NCBI GenBank assembly: GCA_964567835.1
Contig: CAZMOU010000011.1
Location: 1-50,125, forward strand
Source: an uncultured Chitinophaga sp.
Lineage (GTDB): Bacteria; Planctomycetota; Planctomycetia; Pirellulales; UBA1268
DNA length: 50,125 bases
Direction: 5' to 3'
The notes beneath the pieces are model-generated. The model worked only from the letters and a program-made list of their open reading frames with translations, ran no database searches and was not told where the DNA came from. Each line of letters begins with the position of its first letter. The stretch's first letter is position 1. The position numbers were made by a program, and so were the translations under genes. Shown here one piece after another: positions 26,890 to 35,286 of this stretch.

Positions 26890-27554
26890 AGTCCGAGGAA
26901 GGCGGAGCGGCGCGTGCCGCGGGTCGTTCCCTCTACGTGAACGTGGTGAAACGCTGCGGCGACGCCCTGGTCGCCGCCCTGCTCCTGCTGCTCCTCCTGC
27001 CGGTGCTCCTGCTGGTGTGGGCGGCGGTGGTGGCGGTGCTCGGCACGCCGGCCTTCTATTTCGACACGCGGGCGGGGCGGCACGGGCGTCCGATCGTGGT
27101 GGGGAAGTTCCGTTCGATGCGCGATGCCCGCCGGGCCGACGGGTCGCCGCTTCCCGACGCCGAGCGGCTGGGGGCGTTCGGGCGTTTTCTCCGCCGGACG
27201 AGCCTCGACGAGCTCCCCCAGCTCGTGAGCGTGCTCGTGGGGGACATGAGCCTCGTCGGGCCCCGTCCGCTCCCCGTCCGCTACGTCGCCAGGTACAATG
27301 CCCGACAGGCGACGCGTCTCCACGTGCTGCCCGGACTCACCGGCCTGGCGCAGGTCTGCGGCAGGAACGGCCTCGGTTGGCCGGAGCGCCTCGAACTCGA
27401 CGCCACGTATGTCGATGCGATGGGGCGGTGGTACGCCATGTTCGTCGACCTGGGAATCCTGGCCGCCACGTTCTTCGTCGTCGTCTGGCAGGCCTGCAGC
27501 GGCCGCGGCATCTCCGGCAGCGGGGCGGCGACCATGGAGGAGTTCGACCCGTGA
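26886..27554 (+). CDS. small phosphoglycosyl transferase (bacterial sugar transferase, PglC/WbaP C-terminal type)
   Basis: 222 aa. GTG 26886 overlaps the upstream stop (GTGA). One N-terminal helix, then FRSM, SLDELPQL and GDMSLVGPRP motifs. Confidence 0.85.
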   Translation: MKSEEGGAARAAGRSLYVNVVKRCGDALVAALLLLLLLPVLLLVWAAVVAVLGTPAFYFDTRAGRHGRPIVVGKFRSMRDARRADGSPLPDAERLGAFGRFLRRTSLDELPQLVSVLVGDMSLVGPRPLPVRYVARYNARQATRLHVLPGLTGLAQVCGRNGLGWPERLELDATYVDAMGRWYAMFVDLGILAATFFVVVWQACSGRGISGSGAATMEEFDP

Positions 27555-27880
27555 GCGGACCGACCGAGGATCGCGACAACGCAGGTCCGACTCCGGCACG
27601 CGTGCTCGCCGCCGTCCGCGGGGCGATCGCTGTGGTCTACCATGACACGGCGCGGCCGCCGCGCGACGTGGTCCCCTCCGCCCTGCTGGGATCGGACCTC
27701 GGCCTCGACTCGCTCGACCTGGCACAGGTGGTGGTGCTCCTCGAACGCGAGCTGGGGGCCGATCCCTTCCGCGATCCCCCCGCCGGCGGCACCCGTCCGC
27801 CGATCCGCACCGTGGACGATCTCGTGGCCGTCTACCACGGGTCGCTCCGCGCGGAGGGGACTCCCGACCGACCGACCTGA
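27551..27880 (+). CDS. acyl/peptidyl carrier protein
   Basis: 109 aa. GTG 27551 overlaps the upstream stop (GTGA). Phosphopantetheine-site context LGSDLGLDSLDLAQVVVLLE. Confidence 0.7.
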   Translation: MSGPTEDRDNAGPTPARVLAAVRGAIAVVYHDTARPPRDVVPSALLGSDLGLDSLDLAQVVVLLERELGADPFRDPPAGGTRPPIRTVDDLVAVYHGSLRAEGTPDRPT

Positions 27881-27922
27881 CTCCCGCTCCCGCGACCCGT
27901 TCGCCCCTCCCGGACCCCTGCC

Positions 27923-29281
27923 ATGGACGCCGCGTCCCCAGCCCTGTTCGCCAGTGCTCCGAGCCGACTGGCGGCGTCGATCGACGCCATCGCGGGCATC
28001 GACCCCGGGCGCGTGGCGATCGTCGTCGCCGCGGGGGATGCCGGCCGGAGGGAAGTGCCGTACGCACGGCTGGCGGGCGCGATCGCCGCGCTCGAGGCGG
28101 GCCTCGCCGCGGCCCGTCCGCTCGGCGTCGTGGCCCGGGCCAGGTCGCTCGAGTCGCTGGTGGCGATCGTGGCGGCCTGCGGGAGGATTCCGGTGCCGCT
28201 GGCGCTCGTCGCCGACGACTCGCGCGATCTGGTCGGGGAGTTGCGCGGGTGGATCGAGGTCGGTGACGACCTCGCCGTCCCCTCCGGCGGCGCGGCGCAC
28301 GCGCCCGGTCCGTTCGACGCGGGGGCCGCACGCGTGGTGGTGGCCACCTCCGGCACCAGCGGGCCGCCGAAGCTCGTCGAGCATTCCTGGGACTCGCTCC
28401 TCGCCTCGGCGAGACTGGCGGAGCAGTGGCACGATCGGGGCTGGCTCCTCGTCTACGACGCCACGCGTTGGGCCGGCACGCAGGTCTGGCTCCAGGCGCT
28501 CCTCACCGGCGGACGCGTCGTCGTGCCGGCGTCGCGGGATCCCGATCGGGTCGCCCGCGCCGTGGTGGAGGAGGGGGTGACGATCCTGCCCGCCACGCCC
28601 ACGCTCCTGCGGCGCGTGATCGCGGCCGGCGACAGGGAGCTGGTCTCGAGGATGCGGCTCGACCGGATCACGCTCGGCGGGGAGGCCGCCGACGGGCAAC
28701 TGCTCGAGCAGACCGCGCTGCTCTTCCCCGGGGCGCGGGTCACGCACGTGTACGCCACGACCGAGCTGGGCGAGGTCTTCCGGGTCGGTGACGGGCGTGC
28801 CGGGTTCCCGGCGGACTGGATCGGGCGGACGCTCCCGGGGGGTGTCCGCCTGTCGATGCGCCGCGACGGCGAGCTGCTCGTGCAGCTGTCGCGCGACACC
28901 GCGGAGGTGGCGACGGGCGATCTCGTGGAGCGGCGCGGCGACCGCTACGAGTTCGCCGGGCGCCGCGGCGACGTGATCGTGGTCGGGGGCGCGAAGGTCT
29001 TCCCCAAGCGCGTGGAGGAGGTGCTGCGCGGGGTCCCCGGCGTCGCCGATGCCCGCGTCTACGGCCTCCCCAACGCCATCACCGGCGAGATCGTGGCGGC
29101 CCAGATCGTGGCGGCCGATCCCCTCCCCGCCGGGACGACGCCGGAGTCGATCCGCGCCGCAGCCCTCGCCGCCTGCCGCGCGGGCCTCGAGGCGCACGCC
29201 GTGCCGCGGATCCTCGACTTCACGCGCAAGCTGTTCACGAACCCCTCCGGCAAGGTGTCGCGGCGACCGGTCGGAACCTGA
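27923..29281 (+). CDS. AMP-dependent synthetase/ligase (adenylate-forming enzyme)
   Basis: 452 aa. AMP-binding core VVATSGTSGPPK, then YATTELG, GDLVERRGDRYEFAGRRGD and C-terminal PSGKV. Confidence 0.8.
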   Translation: MDAASPALFASAPSRLAASIDAIAGIDPGRVAIVVAAGDAGRREVPYARLAGAIAALEAGLAAARPLGVVARARSLESLVAIVAACGRIPVPLALVADDSRDLVGELRGWIEVGDDLAVPSGGAAHAPGPFDAGAARVVVATSGTSGPPKLVEHSWDSLLASARLAEQWHDRGWLLVYDATRWAGTQVWLQALLTGGRVVVPASRDPDRVARAVVEEGVTILPATPTLLRRVIAAGDRELVSRMRLDRITLGGEAADGQLLEQTALLFPGARVTHVYATTELGEVFRVGDGRAGFPADWIGRTLPGGVRLSMRRDGELLVQLSRDTAEVATGDLVERRGDRYEFAGRRGDVIVVGGAKVFPKRVEEVLRGVPGVADARVYGLPNAITGEIVAAQIVAADPLPAGTTPESIRAAALAACRAGLEAHAVPRILDFTRKLFTNPSGKVSRRPVGT

Positions 29282-29291
29282 CGGCCACTGC

Positions 29292-30110
29292 ATGCCCATG
29301 ACACGAGCGCCGGAGGATCGGTCGAGTGAAGAGGGATCGCCCGCCGGGGAGTGGTCCTTCACGAGCGTGGTGTCCGGCGGCTCGCGGGGACTGGGGCTCG
29401 CCACGGTGGAGCGGCTGCTCGCCCGCGGCGACCGGGTCGCCACCTTCTCGCGGCGCGGGTCGAAGGGGCTCGAGGAGCTCTCCGCGCGGCATCCGGGCCG
29501 ACTCCTCCACCGTCACCTCGACGCCGCTGACCCGACGGCCCTGCGCCGGTTCGTGGCGGAGGCGGGAGAGGCCTTCGGCCGCATCGATCACTGCGTGGCC
29601 AACGCCGCCGTCGCCACGGAGGGGGTGCTGGCGACGATGTCCGATGCGGACATCGCGGGAATGCTCGCCGTCAACCTCCAGGGGGCGATCGTCCTGGTGC
29701 GCGAGTGCGTCCGCGGGTTCCTCGCCAGACCACCGGCGCCGGCGGGTGCCGGCCGCGCCACGGGGGCGCCTTCGGTGGTCGTCGTGTCGAGCGTGGTGGC
29801 GGCCCGCGGCAGTCCCGGCCTGGCCGTCTACGCCGCCACGAAGGCGGGGCTCGAGGGATTCGCCCGCAGTCTGGCACGCGAACTGGGGCCGCGCGGAATC
29901 CGCGTCAACGCCCTGGCCCCCGGCTTTCTGGAAACCGATCTCTCCGCCACGCTGCCCGAGCAGGACCGGGCGCGGATCGTGCGGCGCACGCCGCTGGGGC
30001 GGCTCGGCGCGCCTGCCGACGTCGTGGGGGCGATCGACTTCCTCACCGGTCCGGGAGCCGCCTTCCTCACCGGCACCACGCTCACGATCGACGGCGGCGG
30101 GGCGACCTAG
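29292..30110 (+). CDS. short-chain dehydrogenase/reductase (FabG-like)
   Basis: 272 aa from ATG 29292. SGGSRGLG dinucleotide motif, NAAV, catalytic YAATKAG. Confidence 0.85.
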   Translation: MPMTRAPEDRSSEEGSPAGEWSFTSVVSGGSRGLGLATVERLLARGDRVATFSRRGSKGLEELSARHPGRLLHRHLDAADPTALRRFVAEAGEAFGRIDHCVANAAVATEGVLATMSDADIAGMLAVNLQGAIVLVRECVRGFLARPPAPAGAGRATGAPSVVVVSSVVAARGSPGLAVYAATKAGLEGFARSLARELGPRGIRVNALAPGFLETDLSATLPEQDRARIVRRTPLGRLGAPADVVGAIDFLTGPGAAFLTGTTLTIDGGGAT

Positions 30111-30197
30111 GGGCGGCGGGTGCCGGACGATGGGGTAGACTTCCATCCACGCCCCATCCGGCCGAGTTCCTCCACGTCCCGTCCCGTCGCGCCAACG

Positions 30198-30857
30198 ATG
30201 AGCGATCGATCCGGTGCCGACGCCCCGCCCTGTCGCGTGCTCATCGTGGGGGCGGGTGGTTTCGGCCGCGAAATCCGCTGGTGGGCCAGGGATGCCTGGC
30301 AGGGGACACGCACGGTCATCGCCGGCTTCCTCGACGCGGACCCGTCCCGCGGCCGCGACGATCTGCCCATCCTCGGCGATCCCGACACCTACCGACCGGG
30401 CCCCGACGAAGCCTGCCTGCTCGCGGTGGGAATCCCGCTGGTGCGCCGCAGACTGGCGGAGGGCCTCCTCTCCCGCGGCGCCAGGTTCGTCTCGCTCGTC
30501 CATCCCACCGCCATCGTGGCGCCGAGCGCCCGCATCGCACCGGGGGCGGTCATCTGCCCCTCGGCGGTGGTGAGCGACGCCGCCCGGATCGGTCCCTGTG
30601 CGCTCGTGAACTACCACGCCTCGGTGGCCCATGACGCCGCCGTGGGGGCCTTCGCCGTCCTCTCGCCGTACGCGGCCCTGGGCGGCGGGGCGTGCGTGGG
30701 GGAGGACGCGTTCCTGGGGCTCCACGCGTCGGTCGGTCCCGGGCGGACGCTCGGCGACCGCAGCAAGGTGAGTGCGAACTCCTGCGCCCTCGCCGACGTG
30801 CCCCCCGATTCGCTCGTCCATGGTGTGCCCGGCCGCGTGACGAGGATCGTTTCCTGA
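30198..30857 (+). CDS. NeuD/PglD-family hexapeptide-repeat sugar acyltransferase
   Basis: 219 aa from ATG 30198. Rossmann-like VLIVGAGGFGREI followed by left-handed-helix repeats (IAPGAVICPSAVVSDAARIGPCALVN...). Confidence 0.8.
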   Translation: MSDRSGADAPPCRVLIVGAGGFGREIRWWARDAWQGTRTVIAGFLDADPSRGRDDLPILGDPDTYRPGPDEACLLAVGIPLVRRRLAEGLLSRGARFVSLVHPTAIVAPSARIAPGAVICPSAVVSDAARIGPCALVNYHASVAHDAAVGAFAVLSPYAALGGGACVGEDAFLGLHASVGPGRTLGDRSKVSANSCALADVPPDSLVHGVPGRVTRIVS

Positions 30858-30906
30858 CCGTCCCCCCGCGCGGGCCTCGGTCGCTTGGCCACCGTGAGTC
30901 CCTGTC

Positions 30907-32049
30907 ATGGCTCCCATCCGGGTCGCGGCCCACGTCGATGTGCGCTACACCACGCGCCGGCCGACCGGCGTGGACAAGCACATCGCGCGCATGGTGCACG
31001 GGCTCGCCGGGCGGCCCGGTTTCGAGGTGACGGTCGTGGCTCCGCGCGGACAGCTTCCGGGGGGTGACCTCCCGGCGGAGAGCAGCCTCCACGGGCTTCC
31101 CGTCAGGGGTCTGCCACTGTCCAACCGGGCGGGACGGCTGTGGTGGTCCGTCAGCGACCGGCCGCCGATCGACCGCTTCGTGCCGGGGATCGATTGGGTC
31201 TGGTCGCCGCAGGAACTGTGGGCGCCGGGAGGGGGGGCACGGACGGCGGTCACCATCCACGGCGCGACCTACTTCGAGCCCTCCTATCCCCGCGCCGCCT
31301 CGGCGTGGGCCAGGTTCGAGCGGCTGCGGCTGGGCCGATTCCTCGAACGGGTCTGCCGCCGCGCCGATCTCGTCCTCCCTGTCTCGCCCTACCTGGAGCG
31401 CTTCCTCGTCTCCCGTTTCGGCCTCGATCCGGTCCGGTCGGTGGTGGTGGGGAACGGCGTCGACGGGGCGTTCTTCTCCTCCGGGCAGGCGGCGGCCGTG
31501 GACGGGAGCCACGATCCCGACCGGCTCCTCGTCGTGGGGGGACTGAACGACTGGGACGGCGGCGGGCGGGTGCTCGCCTGCGCCGACGAACTCGCGCGCC
31601 GGCTTCCCTCGATGGCCATCGACGTGGTGGGCACCCTCGACGACGCGGCGGTGGTGGCGGCGGCCGCGCGGCGCGCGAACGTGCGGCGTCTCGGCTACCG
31701 TCGCCCCGCCGAACTCGCCGCGATGATGCCGGGGTATCTCGCCCTGCTCTACCTTCCCAACGTGGAATCGTTCGGCATGGTGGCGCTCGAGGCGATGGCC
31801 GCCGCCCTGCCGGTGATCGCCTGCCGGCTCACCGCGGTGCCGGAGACGGCCGGCGACGCGGCCCGGTACGTGGACGAGGAGCGTCCGGCGGCGGTCGTCG
31901 ACGCCGTCGAGGAACTCCGCGACGATCCGAGGCTGCGCGCCTCGATGGTGCGGAGGGGCCGGGAGCGTTCCCGCGGATGGACGTGGGACGCGTGCGTCGA
32001 TCGGCTGGCACGGGCGCTCGCCGCGCCGCAGGCCGGGGGGGGGCCATGA
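30907..32049 (+). CDS. GT-B glycosyltransferase (family 1/4 type)
   Basis: 380 aa. C-terminal EX7E region ESFGMVALEAMAAALPVIA. Confidence 0.8.
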   Translation: MAPIRVAAHVDVRYTTRRPTGVDKHIARMVHGLAGRPGFEVTVVAPRGQLPGGDLPAESSLHGLPVRGLPLSNRAGRLWWSVSDRPPIDRFVPGIDWVWSPQELWAPGGGARTAVTIHGATYFEPSYPRAASAWARFERLRLGRFLERVCRRADLVLPVSPYLERFLVSRFGLDPVRSVVVGNGVDGAFFSSGQAAAVDGSHDPDRLLVVGGLNDWDGGGRVLACADELARRLPSMAIDVVGTLDDAAVVAAAARRANVRRLGYRRPAELAAMMPGYLALLYLPNVESFGMVALEAMAAALPVIACRLTAVPETAGDAARYVDEERPAAVVDAVEELRDDPRLRASMVRRGRERSRGWTWDACVDRLARALAAPQAGGGP

Positions 32050-33149
32050 GCGCGGGGGGAAGGGAAAGACTCCGGCGCCTGGTCTTCTGGCAGCCGATCG
32101 TGAGTCCCCACCAGCGGGACTTCCTCGAGGCCGTCGCCGCGGCCTTCGACGGCGAGGTGGTGCTCGCCGCCGAGCGCGGCCTGCCGGCGGAGCGGATCGC
32201 GATGGGGTGGCCTCCGGTGGTCCACCGGTTGGTGCGGGTCGTCGACGCCGCGGCGCCGGAGGCCTTCGAGGGACTGGTGGGGTTCGATCGCCGGGACACG
32301 CTCCACGTGTTCAGCGGGTTCTTCTCCCACCCCGTCGTGTGGAGGGCGTTCCGGCGCCTCGTGCCCTCGGCCGCACGGTTGGCCATGCTCTCCGAGGCGC
32401 CCGAGCAGACGGTCGCCACCGGTTGGTTGAAGCGGTGGCGGGGGCGGATCCTCGTCGATCGGTTCGCGCCGCGGCTCGAGTTCGCCCTCGTCATGGGGGG
32501 GGTGGGCCGGAGGTTCTTCGAGGCGGTCGGATTCCCGGCGCGGAAGATCGTCACGTTCGGGTACTACCTTCCCGCGGCGGCCGATCCCGACGGCGGGGAG
32601 TCGGGCGGGGCCGCGGGGCCGGTCCACTTCCTGGCGGCGGGCCAGTTCATCCGCCGCAAGGGGTTCGACCTCCTCGTCGACGCGCTCGCGGGCCTGCCGG
32701 ACGGCGACTGGCGGTGCACGATCCGCGGGGCCGGCCCGCTGCGAGCGCGGCTCGAGCGCCGGGCCCGGCGGGGGGCGGCGCGCGGGCGGGTCACGTTGCC
32801 GGAGCCGGCGCCGAACGAGGTCCTCCTCGGGGAACTCGCCGGTGCCGACTGGGCCGTCGTCCCCAGTCGCCACGACGGGTGGGGCATGATCGTCAACGAG
32901 GCGCTCGGCGTCGGCACGCCGGTCGTGTGCACGGATGGCTGCGGCGCCGCCGACCTGCTCGACGACCCGGCCGCCGGCGTCGTCGTGCCGGCGGGGGACG
33001 CGGGGGCGCTCGGCGAAGCCTTGTGGCGCTGCCTGGCGGGGGGCAAGATCGGTGCAGGTCGGCGGCGTGCGGTCCGCGCCATCGCCCGGCGTCACGACCC
33101 CTCCGGCGCCGCGGCGACGTTCCTCGAACTCGTCGGGGCCGGCGGGTGA
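32046..33149 (+). CDS. GT-B glycosyltransferase
   Basis: 367 aa. ATG 32046 overlaps the upstream stop (ATGA). C-terminal motif PSRHDGWGMIVNEALGVGTPVV. Confidence 0.7.
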   Translation: MSAGGRERLRRLVFWQPIVSPHQRDFLEAVAAAFDGEVVLAAERGLPAERIAMGWPPVVHRLVRVVDAAAPEAFEGLVGFDRRDTLHVFSGFFSHPVVWRAFRRLVPSAARLAMLSEAPEQTVATGWLKRWRGRILVDRFAPRLEFALVMGGVGRRFFEAVGFPARKIVTFGYYLPAAADPDGGESGGAAGPVHFLAAGQFIRRKGFDLLVDALAGLPDGDWRCTIRGAGPLRARLERRARRGAARGRVTLPEPAPNEVLLGELAGADWAVVPSRHDGWGMIVNEALGVGTPVVCTDGCGAADLLDDPAAGVVVPAGDAGALGEALWRCLAGGKIGAGRRRAVRAIARRHDPSGAAATFLELVGAGG

Positions 33150-33202
33150 CGGTCGGCCCCGCGACGGACGAGTGTCCGCCGTCCCACCCCGCTGGCAGCG
33201 CG

Positions 33203-34450
33203 ATGACCGGACCCGTCCCCCCGCCGCGCGTCCTGCTCGTGTCGAGCACGCTCGACGACGACGGCGGCATCCCCGTGTGCGTCGGGCAACTCGCCGGCGC
33301 CCTGGCCGATCTCGGGATCGACGTCGTCGTCTCCGGACAGTGCACCGGCGAGCCGGCGGCCGCGGTCCGCGCCGTCGCCGGCCATCCGCGCGTGACCGTC
33401 GAGGCGTTCCACGAGCCCTGGTCGCTCGCGGGACAGTGGCGCGCCGCGCGGCGGATGCGCCGGCTGGTCGGTCGTCTGGCGGAGTCGGCCCGGCGCGAGC
33501 GACGCGGTCTGGTGGTCCACCTCCACGGCGTGTGGGTGGCGACGATGACCGCGGCCGCCGCCGCCGGGCGCGAGGCCGGGGCATCGGTCGTGGTCTCCCC
33601 CCACGGCATGCTGCGGCGCGAGGCGTTGCGGAAGAGCCGGTGGCGCAAGATGGCGGTGTGGTGCGGGGGGCTCCGCCGCGAGGTGGCCGCGGCCGAGACG
33701 CTCCATGCGACGAGCCCCGACGAGGCGGAGGATCTCCGCGCGCTGCTTCCCGGGTGCCGGCCGCGCCTGGTGCCGCTCGGCGTCACCCCGCCGGCAGACA
33801 CGGCGCGCCGGCGCGACCCGGCCGCACCGCGCCGTGCCGGCTATCTCGGGCGCATCCTCCCCATCAAGAACCTCGACACCCTGCTGCGGGCCTGGCAGCA
33901 TGCCGCGCCGCCGGGGTGGCGGCTGTCGATCGACGGCCCCGGGACGGAGGCCATGGTCGCCGGCCTCCGCGACCTGGCATGGCGCCTCGGCGTCGGGGAT
34001 CGCGTCGACTTCGGCGGCGCGGTGCCGTTGGCGGCGCTCGGCGACCACTTCTCGACGCTCGATCTCTTCATCCTCCCCTCCCGTTCCGAGGCCTTCGCGC
34101 TGGTGGTGGGCGAGGCCCTGGCGGCGGGCGTGCCGGCGATCGTCACGACGGCGGCACCGTGGGAGGGGGTCGTGGCGCGGGGCTGCGGCTGGAGTGTGCC
34201 ACCGGGAGAACCGGAGCTCGCGCGGGCGATCGCCGAGGCGACGGCGCTCGACCCCGGCGCGCTCGCCGCCCGTGGCCGCGCCGGTCGGGAGTGGGTCCGC
34301 GGCGAGTATTCCTGGCCCCGGATCGCCCGTCGCCATCTCGACGAGCTCTACGGCCACGCCGCCGCCGGCGACGATCGGCCCCTCCTTGTCTCGTCGACGG
34401 CCACAGGCGATGCTGTCGGCAGTTTTCACAGACCCCCGGACATCCCATGA
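33203..34450 (+). CDS. GT-B glycosyltransferase (family 1/4 type)
   Basis: 415 aa from ATG 33203. An alternative GTG 33146 would give a GTGA overlap with the upstream stop. RVLLVSSTLDDDGGIP N-terminus and LPSRSEAFALVVGEALAAGVPAIV. Confidence 0.75.
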   Translation: MTGPVPPPRVLLVSSTLDDDGGIPVCVGQLAGALADLGIDVVVSGQCTGEPAAAVRAVAGHPRVTVEAFHEPWSLAGQWRAARRMRRLVGRLAESARRERRGLVVHLHGVWVATMTAAAAAGREAGASVVVSPHGMLRREALRKSRWRKMAVWCGGLRREVAAAETLHATSPDEAEDLRALLPGCRPRLVPLGVTPPADTARRRDPAAPRRAGYLGRILPIKNLDTLLRAWQHAAPPGWRLSIDGPGTEAMVAGLRDLAWRLGVGDRVDFGGAVPLAALGDHFSTLDLFILPSRSEAFALVVGEALAAGVPAIVTTAAPWEGVVARGCGWSVPPGEPELARAIAEATALDPGALAARGRAGREWVRGEYSWPRIARRHLDELYGHAAAGDDRPLLVSSTATGDAVGSFHRPPDIP

Positions 34451-35286
34451 ACCTGCGTCGAGCCGTCATCACCGCGGCTGGTCACGGCCGTCAGGACCAC
34501 CCTCTGCAGCGGCTCGTCGATCGCGACGGCGAGGTCCGCTCCGCCCTCGGGATCATCGTCGACGAGGCGATCGATGCCGGGGCGGAGGAGATCGCCGTGA
34601 TCGTGCGCCCCGGCGACGAGGCGGCGTTCCTGGCCGCCATCGACCGCCGTCCCGCCCGCCTCGAGCTGATCCCGCAGACGAGCCCCGACGGCTACGGTGC
34701 CGCGGTGCTGCTCGCCCGCGACTTCGTGGGTGACGAGCCGTTCCTCCATTTCGTCGGCGACCATCTCTACGTCAGCGACGCCGGGAGCCGCTGTGCGCGT
34801 CAACTCGTCGAGGCGGCCCGCCGCGAGGCCTGTGCGATGTCGGCGGTGCAGCCGACGCGCGAGAGCATGCTCCCCTGGTTCGGCGCGGTCGGCGGGCGCC
34901 GCGTCGCGGGGTCCGACCGTCTCTACGAGATCGACACCGTCCTCGAGAAGCCCACGCCGACCCGCGCGGAACAGGAACTCGTCGTCCCCGGGCTGCGTGC
35001 CGGACATTACCTCTGCTATTTCGGCATGCACGTGCTGACGCCGACGATCTTCACGCTGCTCGCCGAGACCGATGCCGAGGGGAGGCGGACGCTCTCGGGC
35101 GCCCTGGGCCGGCTGGCGCGCCAAGAACGCTACCTGGCCCATCAGGTCCGCGGCAGCCGCTACGACCTCGGCCTGCCCTACGGCCTCCTCACGGCCCAAC
35201 TGGCACTGGCGCTCGCCGGGCGGGACCGTGCCGATGTCCTGGCCCGCATCGTCGAACTCCTCGCCCGGCAGCCGCAGGCCTCATGA
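34447..35286 (+). CDS. GalU-like sugar-1-phosphate nucleotidyltransferase (divergent)
   Basis: 279 aa. ATG 34447 overlaps the upstream stop (ATGA). AVITAAGHGRQDHPL replaces the usual GxGTRxLP loop. VLEKPTP motif as in GalU-type enzymes. Confidence 0.6.
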   Translation: MNLRRAVITAAGHGRQDHPLQRLVDRDGEVRSALGIIVDEAIDAGAEEIAVIVRPGDEAAFLAAIDRRPARLELIPQTSPDGYGAAVLLARDFVGDEPFLHFVGDHLYVSDAGSRCARQLVEAARREACAMSAVQPTRESMLPWFGAVGGRRVAGSDRLYEIDTVLEKPTPTRAEQELVVPGLRAGHYLCYFGMHVLTPTIFTLLAETDAEGRRTLSGALGRLARQERYLAHQVRGSRYDLGLPYGLLTAQLALALAGRDRADVLARIVELLARQPQAS

